Source: an uncultured Actinomycetes bacterium
GTDB taxonomy: Bacteria; Actinomycetota; Thermoleophilia; Solirubrobacterales; Solirubrobacteraceae
NCBI GenBank assembly: GCA_963806015.1
Contig: CAWDWM010000008.1
Coordinates: 57,337-121,336, forward strand
Direction: 5' to 3'
DNA length: 64,000 nucleotides
How positions within the stretch are numbered: position 1 is the first letter of the stretch; each line of letters begins with the position of its first letter. Shown in pieces: positions 16,170 to 25,487 of the stretch. The notes under the pieces are model-generated. The model worked only from the letters and a program-made list of their open reading frames with translations, was not told the origin of the DNA and ran no database searches. The position numbers were made by a program, and so were the translations under genes.

Positions 16170-17984
16170 TCACCCATGCTCCAGCCACTGCTCGGCGGTG
16201 ACGACGTTCCAGACGTGCACCGCCCACGGGCGCCATCCGGGCTCCCCGACCGCCGGCGGACGGTCGAGATGATCGCGGTGCAGCCGCCGCAGGTCGACAT
16301 ACGCGCCGACCGCAGCCCGGCGCTCGTCGAGCAGCCGCCGGACCCGCTCGAGGTTGGCCGGGCTGGAGAGCACGCGGTGGTGCAGGGCCGAGAAATCGCG
16401 CTTGTCGCGGCGCGCGAGGACGTCCGGCGTCAACGCCCCGTGTAGGGCCTCGCGCACCAGCGGCCGCGAGGTGACCGGGTCGAAGTTCGTCTCGGGCGGC
16501 AGGCGCAGCGCCAGTTCGACCAGCCCCAGCTCCAGGAGCGGCGAGCGCGCCTGGACCGCCCCCATGGCGCCGCGCCGGCGCAGGTAGTCGGCGAGGTCGG
16601 CGGTCTCGCGTCCACGCGTCAGGATGTCGGCCAGATAGGCCCACCAGCGCGGCCCGTCGAGGAGCTTCCATCGCCACGGGTCCTGGCTGTCGCGGTACAG
16701 CTCAGCCGGGCCGGGACGCAGCCACGCGGGGGCGTAGCGGGCCGCGGGCCGTCGCCGGCGGAACTGCTCGTGGAGGGTCGGCGCGAGCGCCCCGCGGACG
16801 CCGACGCTCGTGAAGACGCGCCGGACGTGGCGCAGCGGCGGGTCATCGCCCAGCCACGGGTGCCGGCGCGAAAGCCGCCAGGCCGACAGCGGTCGCAGGC
16901 GGCGCACGCGGTCGGCGATGAGGAAGTGCGCGGCGCCGAAGAGCTCGTCGCCGCCCTGGCCGTCGAGCACGACCTTGGCTCCGAGCCGGGCCGCCGCGGC
17001 GATCAGCGGTGCCTCGATCAGGATGCCCGGCGTGGGCAGCGGCAGCTCCCAGGCGCGCAGATATGTCTCGGCGGCGTCGAGTGGCTCGCGCTCGTCGATG
17101 GCGACCGTGGTGAGAGCGAGGCCCGTGTCCTCGGCCACCCTGCGCGCCCACGTCGTCTCGTCGAACTCGGATTCGGCGAAGGCGGCCGCGATCGCCTGAA
17201 GGTCGGGGGCGCGGGGTGCCGCCACCGCCGCGACGACCGATGAATCCAGTCCGCCGCTGAGCAGCAGTGCGCTGCGGCCGTGCTCCGGCAGCGCCTGCTG
17301 CACGGCCGCCTCCAGCTCCTCGTGCAGCCGGGCGGCAAGCTCGGCTCGCGGCGCCTGCAGCGGCGGCCGGTAGCGCGGCGTCCAGTACCGGCGCTCCGCG
17401 CGCCCGGCGTCGGACAGGCCGAGCAGGCAGCCGCCTCCGAGTCGGCGGATGCCCTGGTAGAGCATGCGCCCGTCGGGCACGCTGTGCTCGACGAGGTGAT
17501 GGGCGAGGGCGAGCTCGTCGGGATCGGGGCGGCGGCGCAGCAGGGCCAGCAGCACGCCGATCTCGGTGGCGAAGCACAGGCGCGGCCCGTCGTGGAAGGT
17601 GAAGAGCGAGCGCCCACCGAGCTGGTCCTGCGCGAGGAGGCCGCGGCGGCCCGCCTCGTCCCAGAGGACGAGGGCGAAGGGCCCGCGGATGTGCTCGAGC
17701 AGTCGCTGCTCCCAGCGCCGGTAGCCCGCCGCCAGCGCGCCGGCCACCGCGGTGTCCGGACCGAGGCCAAGGTGCTCGCGCAGTGCGCCGGGCCTCTGTA
17801 TGCGCCCCGCGATGCCGGCCAGGACCCCGGCTGCGCGAGCGGGCGCTGCGCACGCCATCGCCAACGCGCCGGCCTCGACGACCGTGGCGCCCGGCAGCGC
17901 TCGGCGCAGCCGCTCGCCTTCCCTGCCGATCCCTCGTGGGTCGTGGACCCCGGCGAGCTCGCCCGCGAGCAGCGCCGCCATCAC
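16170..17984 (-). CDS. lasso peptide cyclase (asparagine synthetase B-like, C protein)
   Basis: 604-aa ORF with an N-terminal amidotransferase-like domain and the PP-loop LLLSGGLDSSVVAAVAA of the Asn-synthase domain. The start (GTG 17984 / ATG 17981) overlaps the stop of the kinase gene. Confidence 0.85.
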   Translation of the reverse strand: MMAALLAGELAGVHDPRGIGREGERLRRALPGATVVEAGALAMACAAPARAAGVLAGIAGRIQRPGALREHLGLGPDTAVAGALAAGYRRWEQRLLEHIRGPFALVLWDEAGRRGLLAQDQLGGRSLFTFHDGPRLCFATEIGVLLALLRRRPDPDELALAHHLVEHSVPDGRMLYQGIRRLGGGCLLGLSDAGRAERRYWTPRYRPPLQAPRAELAARLHEELEAAVQQALPEHGRSALLLSGGLDSSVVAAVAAPRAPDLQAIAAAFAESEFDETTWARRVAEDTGLALTTVAIDEREPLDAAETYLRAWELPLPTPGILIEAPLIAAAARLGAKVVLDGQGGDELFGAAHFLIADRVRRLRPLSAWRLSRRHPWLGDDPPLRHVRRVFTSVGVRGALAPTLHEQFRRRRPAARYAPAWLRPGPAELYRDSQDPWRWKLLDGPRWWAYLADILTRGRETADLADYLRRRGAMGAVQARSPLLELGLVELALRLPPETNFDPVTSRPLVREALHGALTPDVLARRDKRDFSALHHRVLSSPANLERVRRLLDERRAAVGAYVDLRRLHRDHLDRPPAVGEPGWRPWAVHVWNVVTAEQWLEHG

Positions 17985-19030
17985 GCCGGGCGCTCATTCA
18001 AGGCGATCTCGCCATGGCCGAGGACGGCATCGGCGACGTCGGTGGATGTCGCGTCGGCGCCCGCGCGGACCTGGTAGAGCGGGACGCTGCGTGCGACGGC
18101 GGCGCAGGACTCGAGCTGGCGCCGCAGGCGGTCGGGCGCCGTGAAGTACGAGAGGAAGGCATTGCCGAGCAGCAGCGAGGGGTCATACGGGCGCACCGGC
18201 ACGATGCGAACGCCACGCTCGTCGGCGGGGCGGACCAGGTGATACGTGAGGGCGAGCGGCAGTCGCTCGGGCGCAAGCGCGGGCGTGACGTGCCACTTCT
18301 CGGCTCGCACCTGCACGGCGCCCAGGGTCCGGCGCTCGCAGGGCGTCAGGCGGCGGAGCTCGCGGGGATCGATGCGCGCCACGGTGCCCCCGCGGTGGGC
18401 CTGGACGGTGGCGCCGGCCACCTCGATCGCGAGCACGTCGTCGGTCACGAGCCGGGCACCACGGGCCACGAGGCGGCTGGCCAGCGTCGTCTTGCCTGCC
18501 CCCGAGCCGCCGAGGAAGGCGATCGCCCGGTCGCGGAGCGCGACCGCGCTGGCGTGGAAGACGTCCATGCCTCGCAGCACCGCGGCCAGCGGAAGGACCT
18601 GGGCGAGGACGAGGCGCTCCCAGCGCCAGGCCGGCCCGGCCGGCGGCGCGCCCATGACGGTGCGGCCGTCGGGGGCGACGAGATAGCACCCGTGCCGTGG
18701 CGCCCAGACACGGAAGCCCACGTCGTCATCGGCCTGCACCGAGAGCCCGACCCGCCCGTCGACGAGCCGGCGCTCGAGCAGCGGGCGCGGCCGGGCCTGG
18801 CGCCAGCGGCGATCGACGGCGGCGCGCGGGGCTCGCTCGAGCGTCGTGTCGGCCGGCGACCCGGCAGCGCCGACGGCGGCCACGCTCTCGAGCGCGAGGG
18901 TGCCGGCCAGGGCCAGCCCGAAGGCCTGCCCCGACCACGAATCGCCGAGTGGCGGGTGGGGCGGGCTCGGCGGCGAAGGTCGGGCGACGTGACCGCTGCC
19001 CACGGCCGCGACGATAGCGCCCCTCGCCAT
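17981..19030 (-). CDS. HPr kinase-like serine kinase associated with lasso peptides
   Basis: ATG 19030 (MARGAIVAAVG...) was chosen so the gene does not run into the divergent ABC gene. The P-loop FLGGSGAGKTTLASRLVARGARLVTDDVLAIE is typical of the HprK C-terminal-domain fold found in paeninodin-type clusters. Confidence 0.75.
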   Translation of the reverse strand: MARGAIVAAVGSGHVARPSPPSPPHPPLGDSWSGQAFGLALAGTLALESVAAVGAAGSPADTTLERAPRAAVDRRWRQARPRPLLERRLVDGRVGLSVQADDDVGFRVWAPRHGCYLVAPDGRTVMGAPPAGPAWRWERLVLAQVLPLAAVLRGMDVFHASAVALRDRAIAFLGGSGAGKTTLASRLVARGARLVTDDVLAIEVAGATVQAHRGGTVARIDPRELRRLTPCERRTLGAVQVRAEKWHVTPALAPERLPLALTYHLVRPADERGVRIVPVRPYDPSLLLGNAFLSYFTAPDRLRRQLESCAAVARSVPLYQVRAGADATSTDVADAVLGHGEIALNERPA

Positions 19031-19091
19031 CGCGGAGGTCGCGACGGCGCGCGTGTGTGCGACCCTACGGCGGTCCAGCGAGGGCGCCTGC

Positions 19092-19823
19092 ATGCCGTTG
19101 ACCGACGACGATCGCTTCAGCGTGACTCCCCAGGCTCGCGCTGACCCGCCGTCGGCTGCGCCCGGCGAGTCGCTGCTTGCCGTCGAAGGCCTGTGCAAGC
19201 ACTGGCGCGGACGGCCCACGCCGACGCTCGACGACCTCGACCTCGACCTGTACCCCGGCGACGTCGCCCTGGTCACCGGGCGCAACGGCGCCGGGAAGAC
19301 CACGCTGCTGCGGATCATCGGGGGACTGGTGGCGCCCGATCGAGGCGAGGTGCGGCTCGACGGCATGGCGCTGGGCACGCGCCGCCGCGCCTACCAGCGC
19401 CAGATCGGTCTGCTGACGCCGGGCGACCGTGGGCTCTACGCCCGGGTGACGGTGGCGCGTCACCTGGACCTCTGGGCGCGGCTCGCGCTGCTCGACGCGC
19501 AGGCGCGGGCGGCAGCCATCCGGTCGGTCCACGCGGGCTTCGATCTCGAGGAGATCGCCGATCTGCGCGTCGACCAGCTGTCGATGGGACAACGCCAGCG
19601 CGTGCGCCTGGCGCTGGTCTTCCTGCATGCGCCACGACTCGTGCTCCTCGACGAGCCGGCGACGTCGCTCGACCTAGAGGCCCTCGAGCTCGTGCGCCGC
19701 GCCGTGGACGATCTCGCGCGGCGCGGCGGCATGTGCCTGCTCGTCGCGCCCGAGGGCGCCGACACGGGGATCGCGGTCGGACGGGCGCTCGTCCTGCGCG
19801 ACGGACGGCTGGAGCGCGCGTGA
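19092..19823 (+). CDS. ABC transporter ATP-binding protein (lasso cluster exporter)
   Basis: Walker [12 protein letters not shown], signature LSMGQRQR and Walker B LVLLDEP. The start is uncertain (ATG 19092; ORF open from 19053). Confidence 0.85.
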   Translation: MPLTDDDRFSVTPQARADPPSAAPGESLLAVEGLCKHWRGRPTPTLDDLDLDLYPGDVALVTGRNGAGKTTLLRIIGGLVAPDRGEVRLDGMALGTRRRAYQRQIGLLTPGDRGLYARVTVARHLDLWARLALLDAQARAAAIRSVHAGFDLEEIADLRVDQLSMGQRQRVRLALVFLHAPRLVLLDEPATSLDLEALELVRRAVDDLARRGGMCLLVAPEGADTGIAVGRALVLRDGRLERA

Positions 19824-20626
19824 GCGCATTGCGCCCTCAGCTCGCGGCCGCCGCCGGCATCTTCCGGCGCGACATGACCGTCTATCTGAGCTATCGCTGG
19901 CGGCTGGGCACCCAGTACATCGGCGTCCTCTTCAGCCTCGCGGTCTTCTATTACATCTCGCGCCTGGTGCGGGTCGAGGCCTTCGCGTCGCCTGAGGACT
20001 ACTTCGCCTTCGCGGCGGTCGGGGTGATCATCCTGCAGGTCCTGCAGTCGACGCTCGACATCCCCGCCGCGGTGCGTCAGGAGCTGGTGGCCGGGACCTT
20101 CGAGCGCATGGCCGTCTCCCCGTTCGGTCCGGTGGCGAGCATCCTCTCGCTCTTCCTGTTCCCGATCGCGTCGGCGATCATCACCATGCTGGTCACGCTG
20201 GTCCTCGTGGCCGTGGTCTTCGGAGTGGACCCGAGCTGGTCGCGGGTGCCGCTCGCGATACCGGTGGCGGCGGTGGGCGCCCTCGCCCTGGGGGCGATCG
20301 CCCTGCTCTTCGTGGCCATGATCGTCCGCTTCAAGCAGGCCCCGGGCGCCGCCTACGTCCTGGCGGCGATCTCCCTGGTCGCGGGCTTCTACTTCCCGGT
20401 CGAGCTGCTGCCGTGGTGGCTCGGCTGGGCCTCGGACGTGCAGCCCTTCACCCCCGCCGTCGACCTCCTGCGCCATCTGCTCGTCGGCCTGCCGCTCCGG
20501 GCCTCGGCGTGGGGCGACGTCGCCAAGCTCGTCGGCTTCTCCGCCGTTCTCCTGCCGCTCGGGCTGGCCGGGCTGGCGTTCGCCATCGATCGCAGCCGGC
20601 GCCTGGGCACGCTGACGGAGTACTAG
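19820..20626 (+). CDS. ABC-2 type transporter permease
   Basis: GTG 19820 overlaps the ATPase stop (GTGA). The protein is a six-TM hydrophobic type (VSALRPQLAAAAGIFRRDMTVYLSYRW...) typical of the ABC-2 family. Confidence 0.8.
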   Translation: MSALRPQLAAAAGIFRRDMTVYLSYRWRLGTQYIGVLFSLAVFYYISRLVRVEAFASPEDYFAFAAVGVIILQVLQSTLDIPAAVRQELVAGTFERMAVSPFGPVASILSLFLFPIASAIITMLVTLVLVAVVFGVDPSWSRVPLAIPVAAVGALALGAIALLFVAMIVRFKQAPGAAYVLAAISLVAGFYFPVELLPWWLGWASDVQPFTPAVDLLRHLLVGLPLRASAWGDVAKLVGFSAVLLPLGLAGLAFAIDRSRRLGTLTEY

Positions 20627-20935
20627 GTGCAGCCGATCGAGCCAGGCGGTCGCGCCCATCCCGAACGGCTCGCAGTCCGGGTGCCCGAGCACGTCGTATA
20701 CCGCGACTTCGCCGAGCAGACCGTCGCCCTGAACCTGCACACCGGGCGCTACCACGGTCTGAACGAGACCTCGGCGGCGATGCTCGAGGCGCTGCGCGAG
20801 GCCCCGACCGTCGCCGCGGCCGCGCAGCGGCTCGCACCGTCGTGGGACGTGGATCCCGGTGTGCTGCTCGCTGATCTGCTGGACCTCTGCGACGGTCTCG
20901 AGAGCCGGGGCCTGATCGAGACCCATGTCGCATAG
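20627..20935 (+). CDS. PqqD-family RiPP recognition element (lasso B1 protein)
   Basis: 102-aa protein starting directly after the permease stop. VYRDFAEQTVALNLHTGRYHGLNETSAAMLEAL matches the PqqD-like fold pattern. Confidence 0.8.
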   Translation: MQPIEPGGRAHPERLAVRVPEHVVYRDFAEQTVALNLHTGRYHGLNETSAAMLEALREAPTVAAAAQRLAPSWDVDPGVLLADLLDLCDGLESRGLIETHVA

Positions 20936-21332
20936 CGACGCGACGCTGCGCGATCGCACGGCGCTGGCGGCCGAGGTGCTGGTCACCTACGGCCAGGTGC
21001 GCTGGTCGGTTCGCCGGCGCGACCTGCCCACCGTCGTCGCCGCCCTGCGCGCATCCCAGCGGCGCCACGCGCGCTGCGGGCCTCTGGACGCCGACGATCG
21101 CCGCCTCGCCGCGGCCGCCGTACGCGTCCTGGAGCGGCTCCCCGGCGACTCGCGCTGTCTCACACGATCGCTGGTCGTGCTCGCGATGCTCGCGCGACGC
21201 GGCGTCGACGTACGGCTCGTGCTCGCCGCCCGGCCCACGCCGACGTTCTCGGCCCATGCCTGGATCGAGCGCAGCGGGCGTCCTCTGCTGCCGACGCGCG
21301 AGTTCGACGACGCCCGGCTCGCGGAGCTGTGA
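20925..21332 (+). CDS. lasso peptide leader peptidase (transglutaminase-like B2 protein)
   Basis: 135-aa protein overlapping B1 by 11 nt. The catalytic Cys context is DSRCLTRSLVVLAMLARRG and the His context is FSAHAWIERSG, as in the McjB C-terminal domain family. Confidence 0.85.
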   Translation: MSHSDATLRDRTALAAEVLVTYGQVRWSVRRRDLPTVVAALRASQRRHARCGPLDADDRRLAAAAVRVLERLPGDSRCLTRSLVVLAMLARRGVDVRLVLAARPTPTFSAHAWIERSGRPLLPTREFDDARLAEL

Positions 21333-22528
21333 CCCGCGCGCTGCTTGCGCACGAAGAGCTCGTCCTGCTGGTGGCGGGCACGGCGGCCCGGCGGCGCGCG
21401 AACGCGGGACGGTTGAGCGAGCTGCTGGGACAGGTCGCATGGGATCCGCTGCTCGCCGAGCTCGAATTGCAGCGGCTCGTGCCGCTGCTCGGCGGCCGGG
21501 TCCTCGAGCTGGCCGGCACGAGCGCCCCCGCGGCGTTCGCCGATGCCGTTGCCGAGCAGACCGAGGCGGCCCGGCAGGCCGGCGGGCTGATGGAGCTGAC
21601 GACGCTGCGCGTCGCCGCCGCGCTCGAGACGGCCGGGATCGCGAACGTGCCGCTGAAGGGGCCGCTGCTCGCCCGCTCCCTGCACGGCGATCCCGGCGCG
21701 CGCTTCTCGCGTGACATCGACGTGCTGGTGGGGCGCGAGGACCTCCAGCGCGCGGCCGCCGCGCTCGAGCCGCTCGGCTGGCGCTTGGAGCGCGGCGCCG
21801 GCGAGCCGGTGCTGCACCTGGCGCTCGCCCACGAGTCGGGGCTCCCCGAGGTGGAACTGCACTGGCGCCTGCACTGGTACGAGACCGAGTTCGCGGCGCG
21901 CGCGCTGGCGCGCGCGCAGCCCGAGCCCGACGGCGTCAGGCGCCTGCAGGACGTCGACGAGCTCACTGCGCTGCTGCTCTACCACGCCCGCGACGGCTTC
22001 GCCGGCCTGCGCCACGCGATCGACGCTGCGGCGTGGTGGGACGCGCACGCCACAGCGCATGACCGCGTGCTGCTGGCGGAGGTGGCACTGGAGCACCCGG
22101 CGCTGGCGCGCGCGCTGTCGACCAGCGCGACGGTGCTCGATCAGCTCGTGGGCATCCCCGCCGACCGGCTGGTGCCCGGCGCATGCGACCTCCCCTGGGG
22201 AGCGAGGCGAGCCGCCACGCTCGCCAACCCCCTCATGCGCGGCACCCCCGAGCAGATCACCGCCGAGATCACGCTGGTCGACGCCCTCCTCGCCCCCGAG
22301 GGCCAGCGCCGCGCGTTCGTGCGACGGCGCGTCCTGGTGGGCCGTGACGACCTGCCGCCCGCCACGGGGCGCCGGTCGCTCGCCGCCGCTCGCGCCGAGC
22401 ACGTGCTGCGGGTCCTGCGCCGGCTGCCGCTCGCGCTGGTGCGTCCGCGCGCGCGGCTGCCGTCGCCGCCTGAGCCCGACGGCGTGCCCGTCATCCACCG
22501 CCCGGAGGACCTGCACCTGGCGGAGTGA
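21329..22528 (+). CDS. nucleotidyltransferase family protein (NTP_transf_5-like), lasso-cluster tailoring candidate
   Basis: GTGA-coupled to B2. NVPLKGPLLARSLHGDPGARFSRDIDVLV...LHWRLHW matches the uncharacterised nucleotidyltransferase family frequently linked to lasso clusters. Confidence 0.75.
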   Translation: MTRALLAHEELVLLVAGTAARRRANAGRLSELLGQVAWDPLLAELELQRLVPLLGGRVLELAGTSAPAAFADAVAEQTEAARQAGGLMELTTLRVAAALETAGIANVPLKGPLLARSLHGDPGARFSRDIDVLVGREDLQRAAAALEPLGWRLERGAGEPVLHLALAHESGLPEVELHWRLHWYETEFAARALARAQPEPDGVRRLQDVDELTALLLYHARDGFAGLRHAIDAAAWWDAHATAHDRVLLAEVALEHPALARALSTSATVLDQLVGIPADRLVPGACDLPWGARRAATLANPLMRGTPEQITAEITLVDALLAPEGQRRAFVRRRVLVGRDDLPPATGRRSLAAARAEHVLRVLRRLPLALVRPRARLPSPPEPDGVPVIHRPEDLHLAE

Positions 22529-22607
22529 CCGTCGCCCGGCTCAGTGAGGGCGGCCAGTGCGCATCGGCAGGCGCCGCGGCATCCGCGGAGCCTCCCGCTA
22601 GCTGGCC

Positions 22608-23915
22608 TCAGCGGTGGTCGACGATGCGCTCGACGACTCGTGCGAGCAACTCCTCCGCCCGTCGCGCTTCCGCCCTCTGGGCTTCCACCCCTGCGCGTAG
22701 AATCCCGGTGAGGCTCGGGAGATCGTCGAGGAATGCGCGCGTACGGTCGAGCAGTCGACCCTCGGCGACGCCGTCGATGGGCACTACGTAGTCGTCAAGG
22801 CCGAGTGTTCGGAAGAGCTCGGACGTCTTGAACTCATACGCGATGGGAAGCACGGGCGTTCCAACCGTGAGCGCCAGAATCGCCGCGTGCATGCGGGTGG
22901 CAATCACGATGTCGAACTCTGCGTAGGTCGCGGCCAGCGCGTCCGGCGCATGGAAGGCGTGGTCGACCACGACACGGTCGCGGACGTCATAAGGGAGTTC
23001 AGCGGTTACGGCAGCGGCGGCCGCGGAGTCATTCGTCCAGTATTCCGGCACGCCCTGGCAGGTCGACAAGAAGGTCACGCTGGCTGCGCGCTGCCGCACG
23101 AGCCAGGTCACTGTCTCGGCCACCGCTCGTCGAAAGGCGGATACGGCCGGATCTGACGCACCGGCGCCGGGGGGCCAATCGCGCACCGACACTGCGACGG
23201 ATCGAATCGGCGCGGGCGCCCGGACGTCAAACGGCCGAGCGCCCGTGCGGCCGAAGACAGCGTCGGCCACGACGTGAACTGCGCCGGCCGGCACGCCTAG
23301 CTCGAGCACATGCTGGCGTGAGCGCTCGTCGCGCAACAGCACCAGCGGCGAGTTCGAGAACAGCTTCGCGAGGTGGCGGCGGTTACGGCGGATGCGGAAC
23401 GGCCCGAGCGACTGCGTGTAGAAGACGACGGGAACTCCGAGCGCCGCGGCCATGCGCAGCTCGAAGACGCGAGGGCCGATGCCGTAGCGTTCGACGAGGT
23501 ACGTACCGCCGGTGCTGACGACGAGGTCGAGCCCGGCGAAGTCTGCGATGCGTCGGCGCTCTCCGTCGCGTAACAGCGCTCGTGCCAGCGGCCTGGTCGC
23601 GCGGTGGCGCCACAGGCGGGCGGCTCCCAGGAGCCGGACCTCGTTAGCGGCGGCGAGAATGCGAACTCCCCGGCGCGGTGTCCGCTTCAGTTGCCCGATC
23701 GGCGCCAGCGACGATCTCCAGCGGAATGTCGGGTGGTAACGGGCGGCCGCGGCAGGCTGGGAATCGTGCACCTCGATCAGCGCATCGGGGGCCGCACGGC
23801 GCACCGACTCGATGACCGCGACCGCGATTGCGGCGTCCCCGCCGTTCAGCGCGACGGTGTTGATCAGCGCTATGCGCGGCGCGTCCTGGCGAGTCGGTGT
23901 GGCGGAGGCGCTCAC
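22608..23915 (-). CDS. polysaccharide pyruvyl transferase family protein
   Basis: 435-aa protein with a GTG start. NGGDAAIAVA, VVSTGGTYL, SLGPF, LLRDERS and ATRMHAAILAL fit the CsaB/WcaK-type pyruvyl transferase pattern. Confidence 0.8.
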   Translation of the reverse strand: MSASATPTRQDAPRIALINTVALNGGDAAIAVAVIESVRRAAPDALIEVHDSQPAAAARYHPTFRWRSSLAPIGQLKRTPRRGVRILAAANEVRLLGAARLWRHRATRPLARALLRDGERRRIADFAGLDLVVSTGGTYLVERYGIGPRVFELRMAAALGVPVVFYTQSLGPFRIRRNRRHLAKLFSNSPLVLLRDERSRQHVLELGVPAGAVHVVADAVFGRTGARPFDVRAPAPIRSVAVSVRDWPPGAGASDPAVSAFRRAVAETVTWLVRQRAASVTFLSTCQGVPEYWTNDSAAAAAVTAELPYDVRDRVVVDHAFHAPDALAATYAEFDIVIATRMHAAILALTVGTPVLPIAYEFKTSELFRTLGLDDYVVPIDGVAEGRLLDRTRAFLDDLPSLTGILRAGVEAQRAEARRAEELLARVVERIVDHR

Positions 23916-23921
23916 ACGCGT

Positions 23922-25487
23922 TCAGCGGCCCTGTTCGACGCGCGCCGCCTCCGCCCGCCGTCGGCGCTGCGGGCCACCAAGACGCCTGATGACCGCCCAC
24001 GGCCCTGAGGAGGGAACCAGTCGGCCCGCAAGCATGCCCACGTCGGCCCACGTCGCCGGAAAGCGCGTGCGCATGATCGCGGCGTAGACCGTCAGACCTG
24101 CCGTACCCGACACTGCCATGGCCACGAAGACGGGAAGCGATGCGTCCAGGCACAGCCTCAACCCCAGCGTGGCGACGGCTAGCTGCGGCAGGCCGGCCGT
24201 CAGCGCTGGGATCACGTCGTCGCGGACAGTCTCGAGGATGGGAATCCCCACCCGACGCTCAACGATGAGGTGCTGCATGGTCACGAAGGCAACGAGCCGG
24301 ACGGCTACCACCGCGACGCATACGGCCGTCACGCCGAACGAGACTGACGCCAGCACCGCCAGCGTGTAGGCGACGAAGACAACCAGGTTGTAGACCAGCA
24401 AGGCGCGCGGATGGCCAGTCGCCATCAGAAGGGGTCCGGTGCCGGTGCCCACGGCGGCGATCATTCCCCCGACGGCCAGGATCTGCGTGAGGCCGCCGGC
24501 ACCCGCCCAGCGCTCGCCATACAACCAGGGCACAAAATGCGGCGCGACGGCGATCAACGCGAACAGCAGCGGAAAGAGCACGGTGGCGTGGACGCGGATC
24601 ATGCGCGCCCGCACGCGGCGCATCTCCTCGAAGGTCTTGGCGCGCGAGAGCACAGGAAACGCCACGTTAAGCAGGATCTGACTCACCTTGGACTGGTAGT
24701 CCGATCCCAACGCGAAAGCGCGCATGTACAGACCAACCTGAAACGCGGGTATGAACGCTGCCAGCAGCAGGTAGTCGACGTTACGCACGGCCGCATAGAG
24801 CATCGAGGCTCCGGTGACCGGGCTTCCGTAGTGGACCAGTTCTCGCATCTCGGCCGGATGCCAGCCCGGCCGCGGCGGCCGCGAAAGCAGCCACCCGAGG
24901 GCGGCGGTGACTCCCGACGCGGCGATCCCTCCGATGATGAGCGACTCGCCCTCCATTCCGCAGAGGGCCAGCACGACCGCCACCCCCGGTCCGATCACGC
25001 TCGCGCTGGCTTCGATCAAGCCGAGGCGACCGAAGCTGAGCTGTCGCTGAAGCTGCGCTATCGGCACCGCCGTCAGGCCGGCGAGAAGCCACACGGGCGA
25101 GGAGAGCGCCAGGAAATAGGCGGTGCGGCCCCCGAAGATCAACGGCGCCGCGGTGACGGCGAAGAGCAGCATCAGCATCGTTCCGAGCGCGCCCACGCTC
25201 AACGACACGAACGAGGCCGCCTCGTAGTGGGCCCGGCGCGGCACCTTGAGTTGAACCAGGAATGAGCCCACGCCCTGCTGCGAGATAGCCAACGCGAGCA
25301 TGCCGAAGAACACCGCCGCGGCGGTGCGCCCGAACTCGTCGGGCGCGACCAGGCGCGCGAGGGCAATACTCGCGATCAACGCGGCCGACTCGGCAATCAG
25401 CCGCGTGAGGCTCATCCATCTGACACCGGAGAGCGTCTGGTCGCGCAGGCTCCCGGCGGGACGGTCCGGCGCCGGCTGGCTGGGCAT
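23922..25487 (-). CDS. oligosaccharide flippase (Wzx / polysaccharide biosynthesis protein family)
   Basis: Multi-TM protein with about 12-14 helices. ATG 25487 overlaps the stop of the upstream GT2 gene (TGATG). Confidence 0.8.
   Translation of the reverse strand: MPSQPAPDRPAGSLRDQTLSGVRWMSLTRLIAESAALIASIALARLVAPDEFGRTAAAVFFGMLALAISQQGVGSFLVQLKVPRRAHYEAASFVSLSVGALGTMLMLLFAVTAAPLIFGGRTAYFLALSSPVWLLAGLTAVPIAQLQRQLSFGRLGLIEASASVIGPGVAVVLALCGMEGESLIIGGIAASGVTAALGWLLSRPPRPGWHPAEMRELVHYGSPVTGASMLYAAVRNVDYLLLAAFIPAFQVGLYMRAFALGSDYQSKVSQILLNVAFPVLSRAKTFEEMRRVRARMIRVHATVLFPLLFALIAVAPHFVPWLYGERWAGAGGLTQILAVGGMIAAVGTGTGPLLMATGHPRALLVYNLVVFVAYTLAVLASVSFGVTAVCVAVVAVRLVAFVTMQHLIVERRVGIPILETVRDDVIPALTAGLPQLAVATLGLRLCLDASLPVFVAMAVSGTAGLTVYAAIMRTRFPATWADVGMLAGRLVPSSGPWAVIRRLGGPQRRRRAEAARVEQGR

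Larger units (their letters stand above)
15912..22528. other. lasso peptide biosynthetic gene cluster (A, C, kinase / ABC exporter, B1, B2, nucleotidyltransferase)
   Basis: See the member genes below. Two divergent, tightly coupled operons are separated by a 61-nt spacer (19031-19091). Confidence 0.85.

Noticed and set aside
16843-19144. ORFs 16843..17997 (-, 384 aa), 17783..19144 (+, 453 aa) and other overlapping frames in the lasso region
   Set aside because: They are out-of-frame or antisense shadows of the cyclase and kinase genes. They are dominated by Arg, Pro, Gly and Ala and lack the PP-loop or P-loop motifs present in the called frames.
22574-22588. Hairpin CCGCGG-CAT-CCGCGG between the convergent nucleotidyltransferase and pyruvyl transferase genes as an intrinsic terminator
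   Set aside because: The stem is only 6 bp, the loop is 3 nt and there is no U-tract. This is too weak to call a terminator.
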